Shown here: in pieces, positions 1 to 10,084 of the stretch | Layout of the letters: each line of letters opens with the position of its first letter | How positions within the stretch are numbered: the first letter of the stretch is position 1 | Assembly (NCBI GenBank): GCA_964452545.1 | Contig: CAYVMR010000001.1 | Span: forward strand, 1 to 52,354 | Reading direction: 5' to 3' | Length of the DNA: 52,354 nt | Source: an uncultured bacterium | GTDB lineage: Bacteria > Cyanobacteriota > Cyanobacteriia > Phormidesmidales > Phormidesmidaceae | Notes under the pieces: model-generated | The model's input: the letters and a program-made list of their open reading frames with translations, nothing else | Told to the model about the DNA's origin: nothing | The model's database searches: none | Made by a program: the position numbers and the translations under genes

Positions 1-1
1 G

Positions 2-565
2 GCGGTCCCCGATCGCCACTACGTTAACGGTAACCCTCTCACCCCCCCCTTCCCAGCGGGGCTAGAGTTAGCCCTGTTTGGCCTAGGCTGTTTTTGGGGA
101 GCAGAGCGAAAATTTTGGCAACAGCCAGGGGTTTACTCCACAGCGGTGGGTTACGCCGGTGGCTACACCCCCAACCCCACCTACCAGGAGGTCTGTTCCA
201 GCCTGACCGGCCACAATGAGGTGGTGCGGGTGGTTTTTGACCCCACCCAGGTGAGCTACGGCCAGCTCCTAAAGCTATTTTGGGAAAGCCACAACCCCAC
301 CCAGGGAATGCGCCAGGGCAACGATGTCGGTACCCAGTATCGCTCCGGCATCTACGTTTACTCCGAGACCCAACGGCAGCAGGCCGAGGCCTCCCGAGCG
401 GCCTATCAGCAGGCCCTGCAGGGGGCGGGTTATGGGTTGATTACCACGGAAATCATCACCGCCCCGGAGTTTTACTACGCCGAAGCTTATCACCAGCAGT
501 ATCTGGCTAAGAATCCTGGCGGTTACTGTGGCCTAGGGGGCACCCAAGTGGCCTGCCCGGTCTAG
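2..565 (+). CDS. msrA: Peptide-methionine (S)-S-oxide reductase MsrA, 5'-truncated by the window edge
   Basis: The frame is open from base 2 ([40 protein letters not shown]...), contains the GCFWG active site, and continues into ORF 146..565 with [16 protein letters not shown] and AEAYHQQY motifs. Confidence 0.95.
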   Translation, partial: AVPDRHYVNGNPLTPPFPAGLELALFGLGCFWGAERKFWQQPGVYSTAVGYAGGYTPNPTYQEVCSSLTGHNEVVRVVFDPTQVSYGQLLKLFWESHNPTQGMRQGNDVGTQYRSGIYVYSETQRQQAEASRAAYQQALQGAGYGLITTEIITAPEFYYAEAYHQQYLAKNPGGYCGLGGTQVACPV

Positions 566-576
566 ATCAGCGGGGG

Positions 577-1518
577 TTAAACCAAGCTGGGATAACGCTG
601 TTGAAACCATTGGTAGGTTTGCTCAATACCGGTTTTGAGATCGGTTTTAGCCCGCCAGCCTAATTGGTGTAACCGGGATACATCCATCAGTTTGCGGGGG
701 GTGCCATCGGGTTTGTCAGGGTCGAACACCAGGTCCCCCCCAAACCCGACCACAGATTTGAGGGTGAGGGCCAGTTCTCGAATCGAGACCTCTGCACCGG
801 TGCCGATATTAATGAAGTCAGGGGTATGGTCGTAGTGATCCATTAAAAACAGTAGCCCCTCCGCCAGGTCATCCACGTACATAAATTCGCGCAGGGGGGT
901 GCCACTGCCCCATACGGTGACCGTGTCTGCTGCCCGTTGCTTGGCCTCATGGAACTTGCGCATCAGGGCTGGTAAAACGTGGGAGTTGGCCAGGTCAAAG
1001 TTGTCATTGATGCCATAAAGATTAGTGGGCATGGCGGCAATGAAGTTAGCCCCATACTGACGCTGATAGTTTTCACAGAGTTTGAGGCCGGCGATCTTGG
1101 CGATCGCATAGGGCTCGTTGGTGGGCTCTAGAAAACCGGTCAGCAGGTATTCCTCCTTCATGGGCTGGGGGCACAGCTTGGGATAGATACAGGAGGATCC
1201 TAGAAACAGCAGTTTCGTCACCCCATGGCTATAGGCACTGTGGATGACATTGGCGGCGATCATCAAATTTTCGTAGATAAACTCCGCTCGGTAGCTATTG
1301 TTGGCCTGAATGCCCCCCACCCGGGCCGCGGCCAGAAACACGTAGTCCGGCTGCGCCTCGGTAAAGAACTGATCCACCGCGGCCTGGTTACGTAGGTCCA
1401 GGTCCTGACTGGAGCGTAGGATTAAGTTAGGGTAGCCCCGGGCCTGCAGGGCTCGCACCAGGGCACTGCCCACCAGACCGCGGTGGCCGGCGACATAGAT
1501 TTTGGCGTGGTTATCCAT
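577..1518 (-). CDS. fcl: GDP-L-fucose synthase
   Basis: GHRGLVGS Rossmann motif, [21 protein letters not shown] catalytic YxxxK and KPDGTPRK. Confidence 0.95.
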   Translation of the reverse strand: MDNHAKIYVAGHRGLVGSALVRALQARGYPNLILRSSQDLDLRNQAAVDQFFTEAQPDYVFLAAARVGGIQANNSYRAEFIYENLMIAANVIHSAYSHGVTKLLFLGSSCIYPKLCPQPMKEEYLLTGFLEPTNEPYAIAKIAGLKLCENYQRQYGANFIAAMPTNLYGINDNFDLANSHVLPALMRKFHEAKQRAADTVTVWGSGTPLREFMYVDDLAEGLLFLMDHYDHTPDFINIGTGAEVSIRELALTLKSVVGFGGDLVFDPDKPDGTPRKLMDVSRLHQLGWRAKTDLKTGIEQTYQWFQQRYPSLV

Positions 1519-1634
1519 AGGAAGACGATATAGGAGATCTAATTAAACCAGACACTGAATCTTGAATCTAAAATAAAAAACAAGGGCCATCCGGCCCTAG
1601 GGGATTGCCTAGATTACCATTATCAAATTAACCC

Positions 1635-2210
1635 ATGGCCACTGTGATTGTCGCTACCGGTAACCCAGGAAAGTTAAGGGAAATGCAAACCTACCTGAAT
1701 GACCTGGGTTGGTCCCTAGCCTTAAAACCTGGTCATTTAGACATTGAGGAAACGGGCCAAACCTTTCTAGAAAATGCTCGACTGAAGGCCAGTGGAGTGG
1801 CCAGGGCCTTGGGGGCATGGGCGATCGCCGACGACTCTGGACTACAGGTGGAGGCCCTCAACGGCGCCCCCGGTATTTACTCGGCTCGCTATGCTGATAG
1901 CGATCAAGCCCGGGTGAAACGCCTGTTAACCGCCATGACTGGGGTTAGCGATCGGCGAGCCCAGTTTGTCTGCGCCCTGGCCCTAGCTCGACCCGATGGG
2001 ACCATTGCCTTGGAAACAGAAGGCATTTGCCAGGGGGAAATTCTCACCCAGCCCAAAGGGCAAGGGGGCTTTGGCTATGATCCAGTGTTCTATGTGGGGG
2101 AATTGGGGCAAACCTTTGCGGAAATGTCTGCCCCAGACAAGCACCACCATAGCCACCGAGGCATTGCCTTTCGTCAGCTCTGGCCGGCTCTGGTGAGCCT
2201 ACGACCCTAG
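1635..2210 (+). CDS. rdgB: RdgB/HAM1 non-canonical purine NTP pyrophosphatase
   Basis: ATGNPGK, ADDSGL, GAPGIYSARY, GFGYDPVF and SHRG motifs. Confidence 0.93.
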   Translation: MATVIVATGNPGKLREMQTYLNDLGWSLALKPGHLDIEETGQTFLENARLKASGVARALGAWAIADDSGLQVEALNGAPGIYSARYADSDQARVKRLLTAMTGVSDRRAQFVCALALARPDGTIALETEGICQGEILTQPKGQGGFGYDPVFYVGELGQTFAEMSAPDKHHHSHRGIAFRQLWPALVSLRP

Positions 2211-2326
2211 GCCTGCCGATCTAGAAACTCCTGAAGTTGCCCCAGGGCGGCTCGGCCGATGTTAAATACGGCCCAGCTGCCCGCAATAATAATTGGCAAA
2301 AGTACCACTACAACTCGCCAGTCCAT
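2207..2326 (-). CDS. psbY: Photosystem II protein Y (39 aa), not in the ORF track
   Basis: Manual translation gives MDWRVVVVLLPIIIAGSWAVFNIGRAALGQLQEFLDRQA*, matching the PsbY pattern MD.R...VL.P...A..WA.FNIG..AL.Q. A GAGGAGG RBS lies upstream. Confidence 0.95.
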   Translation of the reverse strand: MDWRVVVVLLPIIIAGSWAVFNIGRAALGQLQEFLDRQA

Positions 2327-2458
2327 AATCTAGACCTCCTCAGGATAGGGTTGCTTAAACTGTTGTCATAATTTTCCCATAATGTACACCACTGCGCCTG
2401 CCAGCGGAACTAGTTGATCCCTCGATTTGCCCGGCTCCATTCCCCTCCCCTTAACCCC

Positions 2459-3697
2459 ATGGTTCTACCCCCCACTCCCCCCGCTGGGCTATGGTCCCGC
2501 CTGTCGCAGGGGCTGTTCCCTGGTCTCCTAGAGCAGCCCCTGCGGCGCTGGTTTCGAGTTGATGAGGCGGAGCTGGCCCGCATTCTGCAGGTAGTCAGGG
2601 CTCAACTGCCCACCACCGAAGCCCTACTGGTGGGCAAACCCCAAGCCGGCAAAAGCTCAATTGTGCGGGGGTTAACCGGGGTGTCGGCGGCTATAGTTGG
2701 TCAGGGGTTTAAGCCCCATACCCAAAGTACCCAGCGCTATGCCTACCCCTCTGAAGACCTGCCCCTGGTGATTTTCACCGATACCGTTGGCCTGGGGGAC
2801 ACCCACCAGCCCACCGATCAGATCCTGGCTGACCTAGTGGCGGATTTGGCCAGCAGCCATCGTTCTGCCCGCATCATCATCTTGACGGTAAAAATTACTG
2901 ACTTCGCCACCGACAGCCTGCGCCAACTGCGGCTAGACCTGCGCCGCCAGTTTCCCCAGATACCCTGCCTGCTGGTAGTGACCCACGGCCATGAGGTCTA
3001 TCCCCCTGACCAGGTGGAGCATCCCCCTTACCCCCCCCAACTAGAGGCGGTTACTCGCCCCCTGGCTGCAGTTCAAGCCAACTTTCAGGGCCTGGTGGAC
3101 CGCACGGTTTTAATCGATTTCACCCTGGAGGAAGATGGTTTCACCCCGCTATTTTATGGACTGGACGCCCTGCAGCAGACCTTAGCAGAGCTCCTGCCGG
3201 AGGCGGAGGCCCAGGCCCTGTACCATTTGTTAGACCACCAGGAAACGGCCATTGACCAGCTCGGGCAGCTCTATCGGCAGGTGGGGCGCCATTATATTTC
3301 CGCCTTTGCAATCATGGCGGCCACCGTCGCCGCGGTCCCCTTGCCCCTGGCGACCATGCCGGTTCTCACGGCTCTCCAGGTTTCCATGGTGAGTCTGCTA
3401 GGCCAGCTCTATGGCCAGCGTCTCACCCCCTCCCAGGCTGGGGGGGTGGTAAGCACCATTGCCGGTGGCTTTGTGGCCCAGGCGGTTGGTCGGGAATTAA
3501 TTAAGTTCATTCCTGGTTTTGGGAGTGTGGTGGCGGCCTCCTGGGCGGCGGCCTACACCTGGGCACTGGGAGAAGCGGCTTGCCTTTACTTTGGTGACTT
3601 GATGGGGGGCAAAAAGCCTAATCCTAAAAAGATTCAAGCCGCCATGGGACGGGCGTTTACTGCGGCACGACAGCGAAACCATTACAATAACCAGTAG
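2459..3697 (+). CDS. Era-like GTPase domain plus YcjF/DUF697 membrane domain protein
   Basis: P-loop GKPQAGKSS, G3-like DTVG and a C-terminal hydrophobic region (AVPLPLATMPVLTALQ, KFIPGFGSV). I chose ATG 2459 over TTG 2414. Confidence 0.8.
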   Translation: MVLPPTPPAGLWSRLSQGLFPGLLEQPLRRWFRVDEAELARILQVVRAQLPTTEALLVGKPQAGKSSIVRGLTGVSAAIVGQGFKPHTQSTQRYAYPSEDLPLVIFTDTVGLGDTHQPTDQILADLVADLASSHRSARIIILTVKITDFATDSLRQLRLDLRRQFPQIPCLLVVTHGHEVYPPDQVEHPPYPPQLEAVTRPLAAVQANFQGLVDRTVLIDFTLEEDGFTPLFYGLDALQQTLAELLPEAEAQALYHLLDHQETAIDQLGQLYRQVGRHYISAFAIMAATVAAVPLPLATMPVLTALQVSMVSLLGQLYGQRLTPSQAGGVVSTIAGGFVAQAVGRELIKFIPGFGSVVAASWAAAYTWALGEAACLYFGDLMGGKKPNPKKIQAAMGRAFTAARQRNHYNNQ

Positions 3698-3713
3698 GCT
3701 GCTGGTTAAGTCT

Positions 3714-4769
3714 ATGGGTAATCGAATCTACTGCTCCCGTCGCCACCTACTGAGGGCGGGTTGTCTGGGTCTCGCTACAGGGGGCTTAGTCGCCTGTGGA
3801 TGGGGGCAGCCATCCTCCCGGATAAGTGCCGATGGTTTGGAGCGGGTGAGGTTGGGTCTGGGCTGGCGGGCGGAGGCAGAATACGGCGGTTACTATCAGG
3901 CCGTGGCCACGGGCCTATACCGCGACCAGGGTCTGGCGGTGATTATTGATGCCACCCCGCCCCAAACCAACATTACCCAGCTCCTGCTGGGGGGGGTGGT
4001 GGACTTTGCCATTGGCGGCGCCCTGGGTAGTTTAAAGGCGGTACAGCAAGGCATTCCCCTGGTTACCGTGGCCGCCATCTGTCAACGGGAGATTCAAGTA
4101 CTGTTGGCCCACCCCGGGGTGGGCCACAATACCTTTGCCCAGCTGCGAGGGCAGCCAATTTTTATCAGTGCTGCCGCCAACGGTGGCTATTGGCAGTTGT
4201 TGAAGGCGAGGTACAGGTTCACCGATGACCAAATCCGTCCCTACAACTTCAACATTAGTCCTTTCCTGGCGGATAAAAACTCGGCCCAGCAGGGTTTGCT
4301 GACCTCGGAGCCGCTCTTGATTGAACAGCAGGGAGGCTTTAAACCGGTGATTTTACCCCTCTCGGAGGCGGGCTATAACCCCTATACCTTTACCATCGAC
4401 ACCACCCGTCAGCTGCTGGATACCAACCCCGATCTGGTGCAGCGTTTTGTCACCGCCTCGATTCAGGGTTGGTACAGCTACCTGGCTAATCCCCAACCTG
4501 GCAACCGGGGCATTCAGGCGGATAACCCGGATATGACAGACGAACTGCTGGCCTTTAGCCTAGCCAAGCTGGATGAGTATGGGGTAATTACTGGCGGTGA
4601 CGCCAGCCGCCTAGGGATTGGGGCCATGACTGACCAACGCTGGCAATCCCTATTTGAAGACTTGAGCGCTGTAGGGCTGCTGGATAGCCAGCTGGACTAT
4701 CAACAGGCCTATACGCTGGATTACGTTAATAAAGGGGTAGAGTACTATCAATTGCCTCAGCCAGCATGA
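3714..4769 (+). CDS. ABC transporter substrate-binding lipoprotein, NMT1/THI5/SsuA-like
   Basis: SRRHLL twin-Arg-like signal with LVAC lipobox, and W.AEAE.GGYYQA.A.G.Y typical of this family. First of three ABC genes. Confidence 0.85.
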   Translation: MGNRIYCSRRHLLRAGCLGLATGGLVACGWGQPSSRISADGLERVRLGLGWRAEAEYGGYYQAVATGLYRDQGLAVIIDATPPQTNITQLLLGGVVDFAIGGALGSLKAVQQGIPLVTVAAICQREIQVLLAHPGVGHNTFAQLRGQPIFISAAANGGYWQLLKARYRFTDDQIRPYNFNISPFLADKNSAQQGLLTSEPLLIEQQGGFKPVILPLSEAGYNPYTFTIDTTRQLLDTNPDLVQRFVTASIQGWYSYLANPQPGNRGIQADNPDMTDELLAFSLAKLDEYGVITGGDASRLGIGAMTDQRWQSLFEDLSAVGLLDSQLDYQQAYTLDYVNKGVEYYQLPQPA

Positions 4770-5536
4770 CCCTCACCCTCGATCGCATCACTAAAACCTT
4801 TGACAACGGCGTGGTAGCCCTGGAGGAAACCAGTCTAACTGTGGCCCCAGGGGAGTTTGTCAGTTTTGTGGGCCCCTCCGGCTGTGGTAAAAGTACCCTA
4901 CTACGGATTGTGGCGGGGTTGACGGCGCCATCCACTGGGCGGATGGACTGGGGTGCCGGGGGGGAGCCACCGGATTTAGCCTTTGTGTTCCAGGAACCGG
5001 CCCTGATGCCCTGGGCTACGGTCACAGATAACCTGCGCCTACCGTTGCGGTTGGCGGGTTTGCCTCCCCATCAGGCCCAACCCGCGATCGCCGATGCCCT
5101 CCGCCTAGTTGGTTTAGAAGGCTTCCCCCAGGCCTATCCGCGGCAGCTCTCCGGGGGCATGAAAATGCGGGCCTCCATTGCCCGGGCCCTGGTGACCAAT
5201 CCCCAGGTGCTGCTCATGGATGAGCCCTTTGGGGCCCTGGACGACATTACCCGTACCCAACTAAATGAGGACCTGTTGGCGCTTTGGGTCGAGCACCGTT
5301 GGACCGTGCTGTTTGTCACCCACAATATCTACGAAGCGGTGTTGCTCTCTGGCCGGGTGGTGGTGATGTCGCCCCGACCGGGGCGGATCACGGCGGACAT
5401 CACCATTGCCTCTCCCCAACCGCGCTCCCCGAGCTTTCGCCATTCCCCCGCCTACCCAGACCACTGCCAGCGGGTGGCGGCAGCGCTCGTCGCCGCCATG
5501 GCCCGGGGAGCCAGCAGCCCAGCCCATTCCCCTTGA
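4766..5536 (+). CDS. ABC transporter ATP-binding subunit, NitT/TauT/SsuB-like
   Basis: GPSGCGKS, LSGGMKMR, LLMDEPFGALD. ATGA overlap with the upstream gene. Confidence 0.92.
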   Translation: MTLTLDRITKTFDNGVVALEETSLTVAPGEFVSFVGPSGCGKSTLLRIVAGLTAPSTGRMDWGAGGEPPDLAFVFQEPALMPWATVTDNLRLPLRLAGLPPHQAQPAIADALRLVGLEGFPQAYPRQLSGGMKMRASIARALVTNPQVLLMDEPFGALDDITRTQLNEDLLALWVEHRWTVLFVTHNIYEAVLLSGRVVVMSPRPGRITADITIASPQPRSPSFRHSPAYPDHCQRVAAALVAAMARGASSPAHSP

Positions 5537-5546
5537 GGTGCCCACC

Positions 5547-6344
5547 ATGTCCCCCCCTAACCTCACCACCCGTCTACTGGCGGCGATCGCCCCCCTGGCC
5601 CTGGGTGTGCTGGTCCTGCTCACCTGGGAATTGGCGGTGCGGCTCAATCATATTCCCCCCTACCTGCTACCGGGGCCGTGGCGGGTGGCGCAGACCTTGG
5701 TGAAGGACTGGCCGGTGCTCCTACCCGCCCTGGGGGTGACCTTGAAGATTACCCTGGTGGCCTTTGCCGTAGCGGTGGTTTCCGGCCTCGCCCTGGCCAT
5801 GCTGATGGCCCAGAGTCCGTGGGTGGAAAAAAGTCTCTACCCCTACGCCATTATTCTGCAAACCATGCCCATCGCCGCCATCTCCCCCTTGATCATCATC
5901 TGGCTGCGAAATAATACCTTTCTAGCCCTGGTCATCTGCGCCTGGATCGTGGCCCTGTTTCCGATTATTAGCAACACCACCGTGGGCCTGAATAGCGCCG
6001 ATGCGGCCCTGCAGGATGTATTTCGCCTCTACCGGGCCTCCCGTTGGCAAACCCTGCGCTACCTGCGCCTACCCAGTGCCCTGCCCTATTTCCTGGCAGG
6101 CCTGAGGATTAGCGGTGGCCTAGCCCTGATTGGAGCGGTGGTGGCGGAGTTTGTGGCCGGCAGCGGCGGCGCTAACTCGGGGCTGGCCTACCAGATTTTG
6201 ATGGCCAGCTATAACCTGGAAATTCCCCGCATGTTTGCCGCCCTGGTGCTGATCACGGGCTTGGGTCTGATCATCTTTCTGCTTCTGTCCGCCCTGTCCA
6301 AGGCCCTGCTTCGCCCCTGGCACGAGAGTGTCCTGCCCCGCTGA
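5547..6344 (+). CDS. ABC transporter permease, SsuC/TauC-like
   Basis: Multiple TM segments, LPGP motif and an EAA-like loop (LRLPSALPYFLAGLRI, VVAEF). ATG 5547 follows GAGG. Confidence 0.9.
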   Translation: MSPPNLTTRLLAAIAPLALGVLVLLTWELAVRLNHIPPYLLPGPWRVAQTLVKDWPVLLPALGVTLKITLVAFAVAVVSGLALAMLMAQSPWVEKSLYPYAIILQTMPIAAISPLIIIWLRNNTFLALVICAWIVALFPIISNTTVGLNSADAALQDVFRLYRASRWQTLRYLRLPSALPYFLAGLRISGGLALIGAVVAEFVAGSGGANSGLAYQILMASYNLEIPRMFAALVLITGLGLIIFLLLSALSKALLRPWHESVLPR

Positions 6345-6392
6345 GGGCAGGACCATCGGTTTTCCCCTACCCACCCCCTCACCCTACCTGCC

Positions 6393-7598
6393 ATGCTCCG
6401 CCAGCTTCAGACCCTGGTTCAGACCCTTACCCCCCGGCTGATCGAGATTCGTCGCCACCTGCATAGTCACCCGGAGCTGAGTGGTCAGGAGTACAAAACC
6501 GCGGCCTACGTGGCGGGCGTACTCTCCTCCTGTGGCCTGCACGTCCAGGAATTGGTGGGCAAAACCGGGGTGGTGGGGGAGTTGGCCGGCGGTGATGACC
6601 CGCGCATCCTGGGCATTCGAGCGGATATGGATGGTCTGCCAATTGGCGAGCGGGTGGATCTGGAGTTTGTCTCCAGTCAGCCTGGTTTAATGCATGCCTG
6701 TGGTCACGATGTCCACACCACGGTTGCCCTGGGTACGGCCATGGTGCTGGCCCAGCTCGGTCTCACCCTACCGGGCTCCACCCGGTTTCTGTTTCAGCCG
6801 GCGGAGGAAACCGCCCAAGGGGCTCGCTGGATGATTGAGGATGGGGCCATGGCGGGGGTGTCTGCTATCCTGGCCCTGCATGTCTATCCCAGCCTCCCCG
6901 CCCGCACCATTGGGATTCGCCACGGGGCTCTGACTGCCGCCGCCGATGACCTGGAGATTACCATCATCGGTGAGTCGGGCCACGGGGCTCGGCCCCACGA
7001 GGCGATCGACGCCATCTGGATCGCCGCCCAGGTGGTCACCACCCTGCAGCAGTCCATCAGCCGGACTCAAAACCCCCTCCACCCGGTGGTCTTGACCATT
7101 GGTCAAATCGGGGGTGGCCGGGCCGCCAACGTGATTGCCGATACGGTAAAGCTAACCGGGACGGTGCGATCGCTCCACCCCGATAGCCGCAACCACCTAC
7201 CCCAATGGATTGAGACCATGGTGGCTGGGGTTTGCCAACCCTACGGGGCCCGCTACGAACTCCACTACCGTCGGGGCGTACCCTCGGTGCAGAATGATCC
7301 GGCGCTGACCGATCTGACCGCCGAGGCGGCCCGCCAGGCCCTAGGGCCTGGCCATCTACACATCATTCAGGAACCCTCCCTGGGGGCGGAGGACTTTGCC
7401 CTCTACCTAGAGCATGCCCCCGGCACCATGTTCCGCCTGGGGGTGGGATTTCGAGACCGGTCCCACAACTATCCCCTGCATCACCCCAAGTTTGAGGTGG
7501 ATGAAACGGCGATCGCCGCTGGTGTACTAACCATGGCCTACAGTTGCTATCAATACTGGATGGGTGGCTCCGCTGGGCCGGCTGAAGTGGGCCGTTAA
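6393..7598 (+). CDS. M20D family amidohydrolase (N-acyl-L-amino acid amidohydrolase-like)
   Basis: RRHLHSHPELS, RADMD, MHACGHDVH, FQPAEE, GAEDF and LHHPKF motifs. Confidence 0.92.
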   Translation: MLRQLQTLVQTLTPRLIEIRRHLHSHPELSGQEYKTAAYVAGVLSSCGLHVQELVGKTGVVGELAGGDDPRILGIRADMDGLPIGERVDLEFVSSQPGLMHACGHDVHTTVALGTAMVLAQLGLTLPGSTRFLFQPAEETAQGARWMIEDGAMAGVSAILALHVYPSLPARTIGIRHGALTAAADDLEITIIGESGHGARPHEAIDAIWIAAQVVTTLQQSISRTQNPLHPVVLTIGQIGGGRAANVIADTVKLTGTVRSLHPDSRNHLPQWIETMVAGVCQPYGARYELHYRRGVPSVQNDPALTDLTAEAARQALGPGHLHIIQEPSLGAEDFALYLEHAPGTMFRLGVGFRDRSHNYPLHHPKFEVDETAIAAGVLTMAYSCYQYWMGGSAGPAEVGR

Positions 7599-7736
7599 CC
7601 GATCCCGCTGGTCCTATCCCGGCCCCAGGGCAGGGCAGGACGGCTCAATATCAGCGGTCCAGAACATTGTGGGCGAGGTTCTACCCTTGATGGGGTGATG
7701 ATTGCCCGGAAAACTTCGCTAAACTAGACAGTTGGA

Positions 7737-9104
7737 GTGCATCATTGCGAGGATCTGATTTTGTCAGGGCCCATTCCCATTTATCTGGTTACGGCGACGG
7801 AATTAGCGGAACATCATCAGCCTAGTCAGCCCTGGGCAGAGGCCACCGGCTTTAGGGCTGAGGCCAACCAGGTTTGCCTGGTGCCCGGACCTGGGGGGAC
7901 CCTGGCCAAGGTGCTAGTGGGCCGGGGCGAAACCCTCGATACCTGGACCCTGGGAGCCCTGCCCCAGAGCCTCCCCCCCCACACCGATTACCTGGCCCAG
8001 GACTGGCCGGCGGCGATCGCCACCAAACTCTGGCTGGGGTGGGGCCTGGGCAGCTATCGCTTCACCACCTACAAACGCCCCCAAGATTGGCCCCAGCCCG
8101 ACCTCCTGCCCCCGACCCATGCCGATCAAGCCTACGTTAGCCAGGTCGTGGCGGCCACTACCCTGGTACGGGATTTAATCAATACCCCCGCCGCTGACAT
8201 GGGACCGGCCCAGTTGGAGGCCGCCACCCAAACCCTGGCGGACAATCACGCCGCTGATTTAGCGGTGATTCGAGGGGATGACCTGCTGAGCCACAACTAT
8301 CCCCTCATCCATGCCGTGGGCCGCGCCAGCAGCCAAGCCCCGCGACTGCTGGATCTGACCTGGGGTCACAGCGATGCCCCTCGGGTAACCCTGGTGGGCA
8401 AGGGGGTCTGCTTTGATACGGGCGGTTTGGACATTAAACCCGCCGGCGGCATGAAGCTGATGAAAAAAGACATGGGTGGGGCCGCCAATGCCCTGGGGGT
8501 AGCCGCCCTGATCATGGGGCTGCAGTTGCCCGTGCGCCTGCGACTGTTGATTGCGGCGGTGGAAAACAGCATTGCTGGTAATGCCATCTATCCCCTGGAT
8601 GTGCTGCCCTCCCGTCGGGGGCTAACGGTGGAGGTGGGCAATACCGACGCAGAAGGTCGCCTCGTCCTGGCGGATGCCCTTTGGGAAGCGGTGGCGGACG
8701 AACCCGAACTGTTGATTGACTTCGCCACCCTCACCGGCGCCGCCCGGGTGGCCCTGGGGACGGAGTTGCCCGCCTGTTTTAGTAACCAGGCGGCCACGGC
8801 CCAACAACTGGTGGATTGTGGCCTACGGGTGGATGATCCACTCTGGCCCCTGCCCCTACACCAGCCCTACCGGGTCTTGCTGGATAGTAAGGTGGCCGAT
8901 TTATCTAATATTTCCGATAGCAGCTATGGGGGAGCGATTACCGCGGCCCTGTTTCTTCAGGAGTTTGTCCGCCCTGACCTGACTTGGGTACACCTTGATC
9001 TGATGGCGTGGAACCTGCGTAACCTGCCCGGTCGACCGGAGGGGGGGGAGGCCATGGCCATGCGGGCGGTGTTTGAGCTGATCAAAGAACGATTTACCCG
9101 CTAG
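7737..9104 (+). CDS. M17 leucyl aminopeptidase (PepB-like)
   Basis: VGKGVCFDTGG, MKKDMGGAA, NTDAEGRL and ATLTGA motifs. Confidence 0.92.
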   Translation: MHHCEDLILSGPIPIYLVTATELAEHHQPSQPWAEATGFRAEANQVCLVPGPGGTLAKVLVGRGETLDTWTLGALPQSLPPHTDYLAQDWPAAIATKLWLGWGLGSYRFTTYKRPQDWPQPDLLPPTHADQAYVSQVVAATTLVRDLINTPAADMGPAQLEAATQTLADNHAADLAVIRGDDLLSHNYPLIHAVGRASSQAPRLLDLTWGHSDAPRVTLVGKGVCFDTGGLDIKPAGGMKLMKKDMGGAANALGVAALIMGLQLPVRLRLLIAAVENSIAGNAIYPLDVLPSRRGLTVEVGNTDAEGRLVLADALWEAVADEPELLIDFATLTGAARVALGTELPACFSNQAATAQQLVDCGLRVDDPLWPLPLHQPYRVLLDSKVADLSNISDSSYGGAITAALFLQEFVRPDLTWVHLDLMAWNLRNLPGRPEGGEAMAMRAVFELIKERFTR

Positions 9105-9111
9105 GTGAACC

Positions 9112-9492
9112 ATGGCTACCCCCCCTGACTCCATTACCCTACCGCCCTTGGAGAACCCCCAGGAGGAGGTGGACTGGTTGCAATCGCACCTGCTGGCCTG
9201 GCTGGATGCCGAGTATTTGCCCGAACCGGTGAATGGAGCGATCGCCGATCGGGTGGCCCAGGTGTTCCTGCGTCAGCGCCTGGAGGGAGAGGGGGATCTA
9301 GGGTCCATCGTCATGGCTATTTTGACGGAACTCCAAGGCTTTGACTTTTCCCAAAGCTTCTACGGCGAGTTTGCCGTGGCTAATGCGGTGGGGGATTTAC
9401 TCTGCGATCGCCTGGGCATTGACCGTTGCTGTGGCCGCTCCACCACCCTGAATATCACCCCCCTCCCTAACCAGCCCCTGGCCCCTGAATGA
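9112..9492 (+). CDS. Hypothetical protein, likely conserved in cyanobacteria
   Basis: 126-aa ORF 7 bp after the peptidase, with AGGTG upstream. Motifs WLD.EYLPE and F..SFYGEF.VANAV look conserved. Confidence 0.75.
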   Translation: MATPPDSITLPPLENPQEEVDWLQSHLLAWLDAEYLPEPVNGAIADRVAQVFLRQRLEGEGDLGSIVMAILTELQGFDFSQSFYGEFAVANAVGDLLCDRLGIDRCCGRSTTLNITPLPNQPLAPE

Positions 9493-9571
9493 GTGACCCT
9501 GAGGAGATTGGGTCCACGGCTCATTAAGGGGGGGTCTGAATCCGGCCTTGAGCAGGTGCCCTCAACCCGAT

Positions 9572-9874
9572 TTACCAGCTCGATTTAACCACCCCAGGCA
9601 GGAGCCCTTGGTGAGCCATCTCCCGAAGTTTGTTGCGACAAAGGCCAAAATCCCGGTAGTAACCCCGGGGTCGGCCCGTCATCCAGCAGCGATTGTGCAG
9701 GCGGGTGGGGGCACTATTGCGGGGGAGTTGCTGAATCTTGCGGTGAATATCCAGCTTTTCCTGTTGGTTTTGGGCTTGCTCAAACTCATCTAACAGGGTT
9801 GCCCGTTTCTTAGCGTATTGGGCAACCAGTTTTTCCCGTTTGCGCTCCCGCGCAATCATGCTCTTCTTAGCCAT
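9572..9874 (-). CDS. rpsN: 30S ribosomal protein S14 (long, Zn-independent form)
   Basis: [10 protein letters not shown]...[23 protein letters not shown]...LPGVVKSSW. Confidence 0.98.
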   Translation of the reverse strand: MAKKSMIARERKREKLVAQYAKKRATLLDEFEQAQNQQEKLDIHRKIQQLPRNSAPTRLHNRCWMTGRPRGYYRDFGLCRNKLREMAHQGLLPGVVKSSW

Positions 9875-10084
9875 GCCGTTTTCTAGTTTAGACGTTTGAG
9901 ATTAAACACAGTCTTTTATCATAGAGGTTAGATCCCCTACTGTAAACCCCATGGCCCTAACCGGTACCAATGGGCAAACAGAGATTTGGCCGTTCCTCCT
10001 GAGTGCGGGCTCTGGATGGCAACGGGCCAGTCGTTAACCAGTCGTTCAACCTAGGCCAAAAAGTTAGGCCGAGGAACCCTAGCC

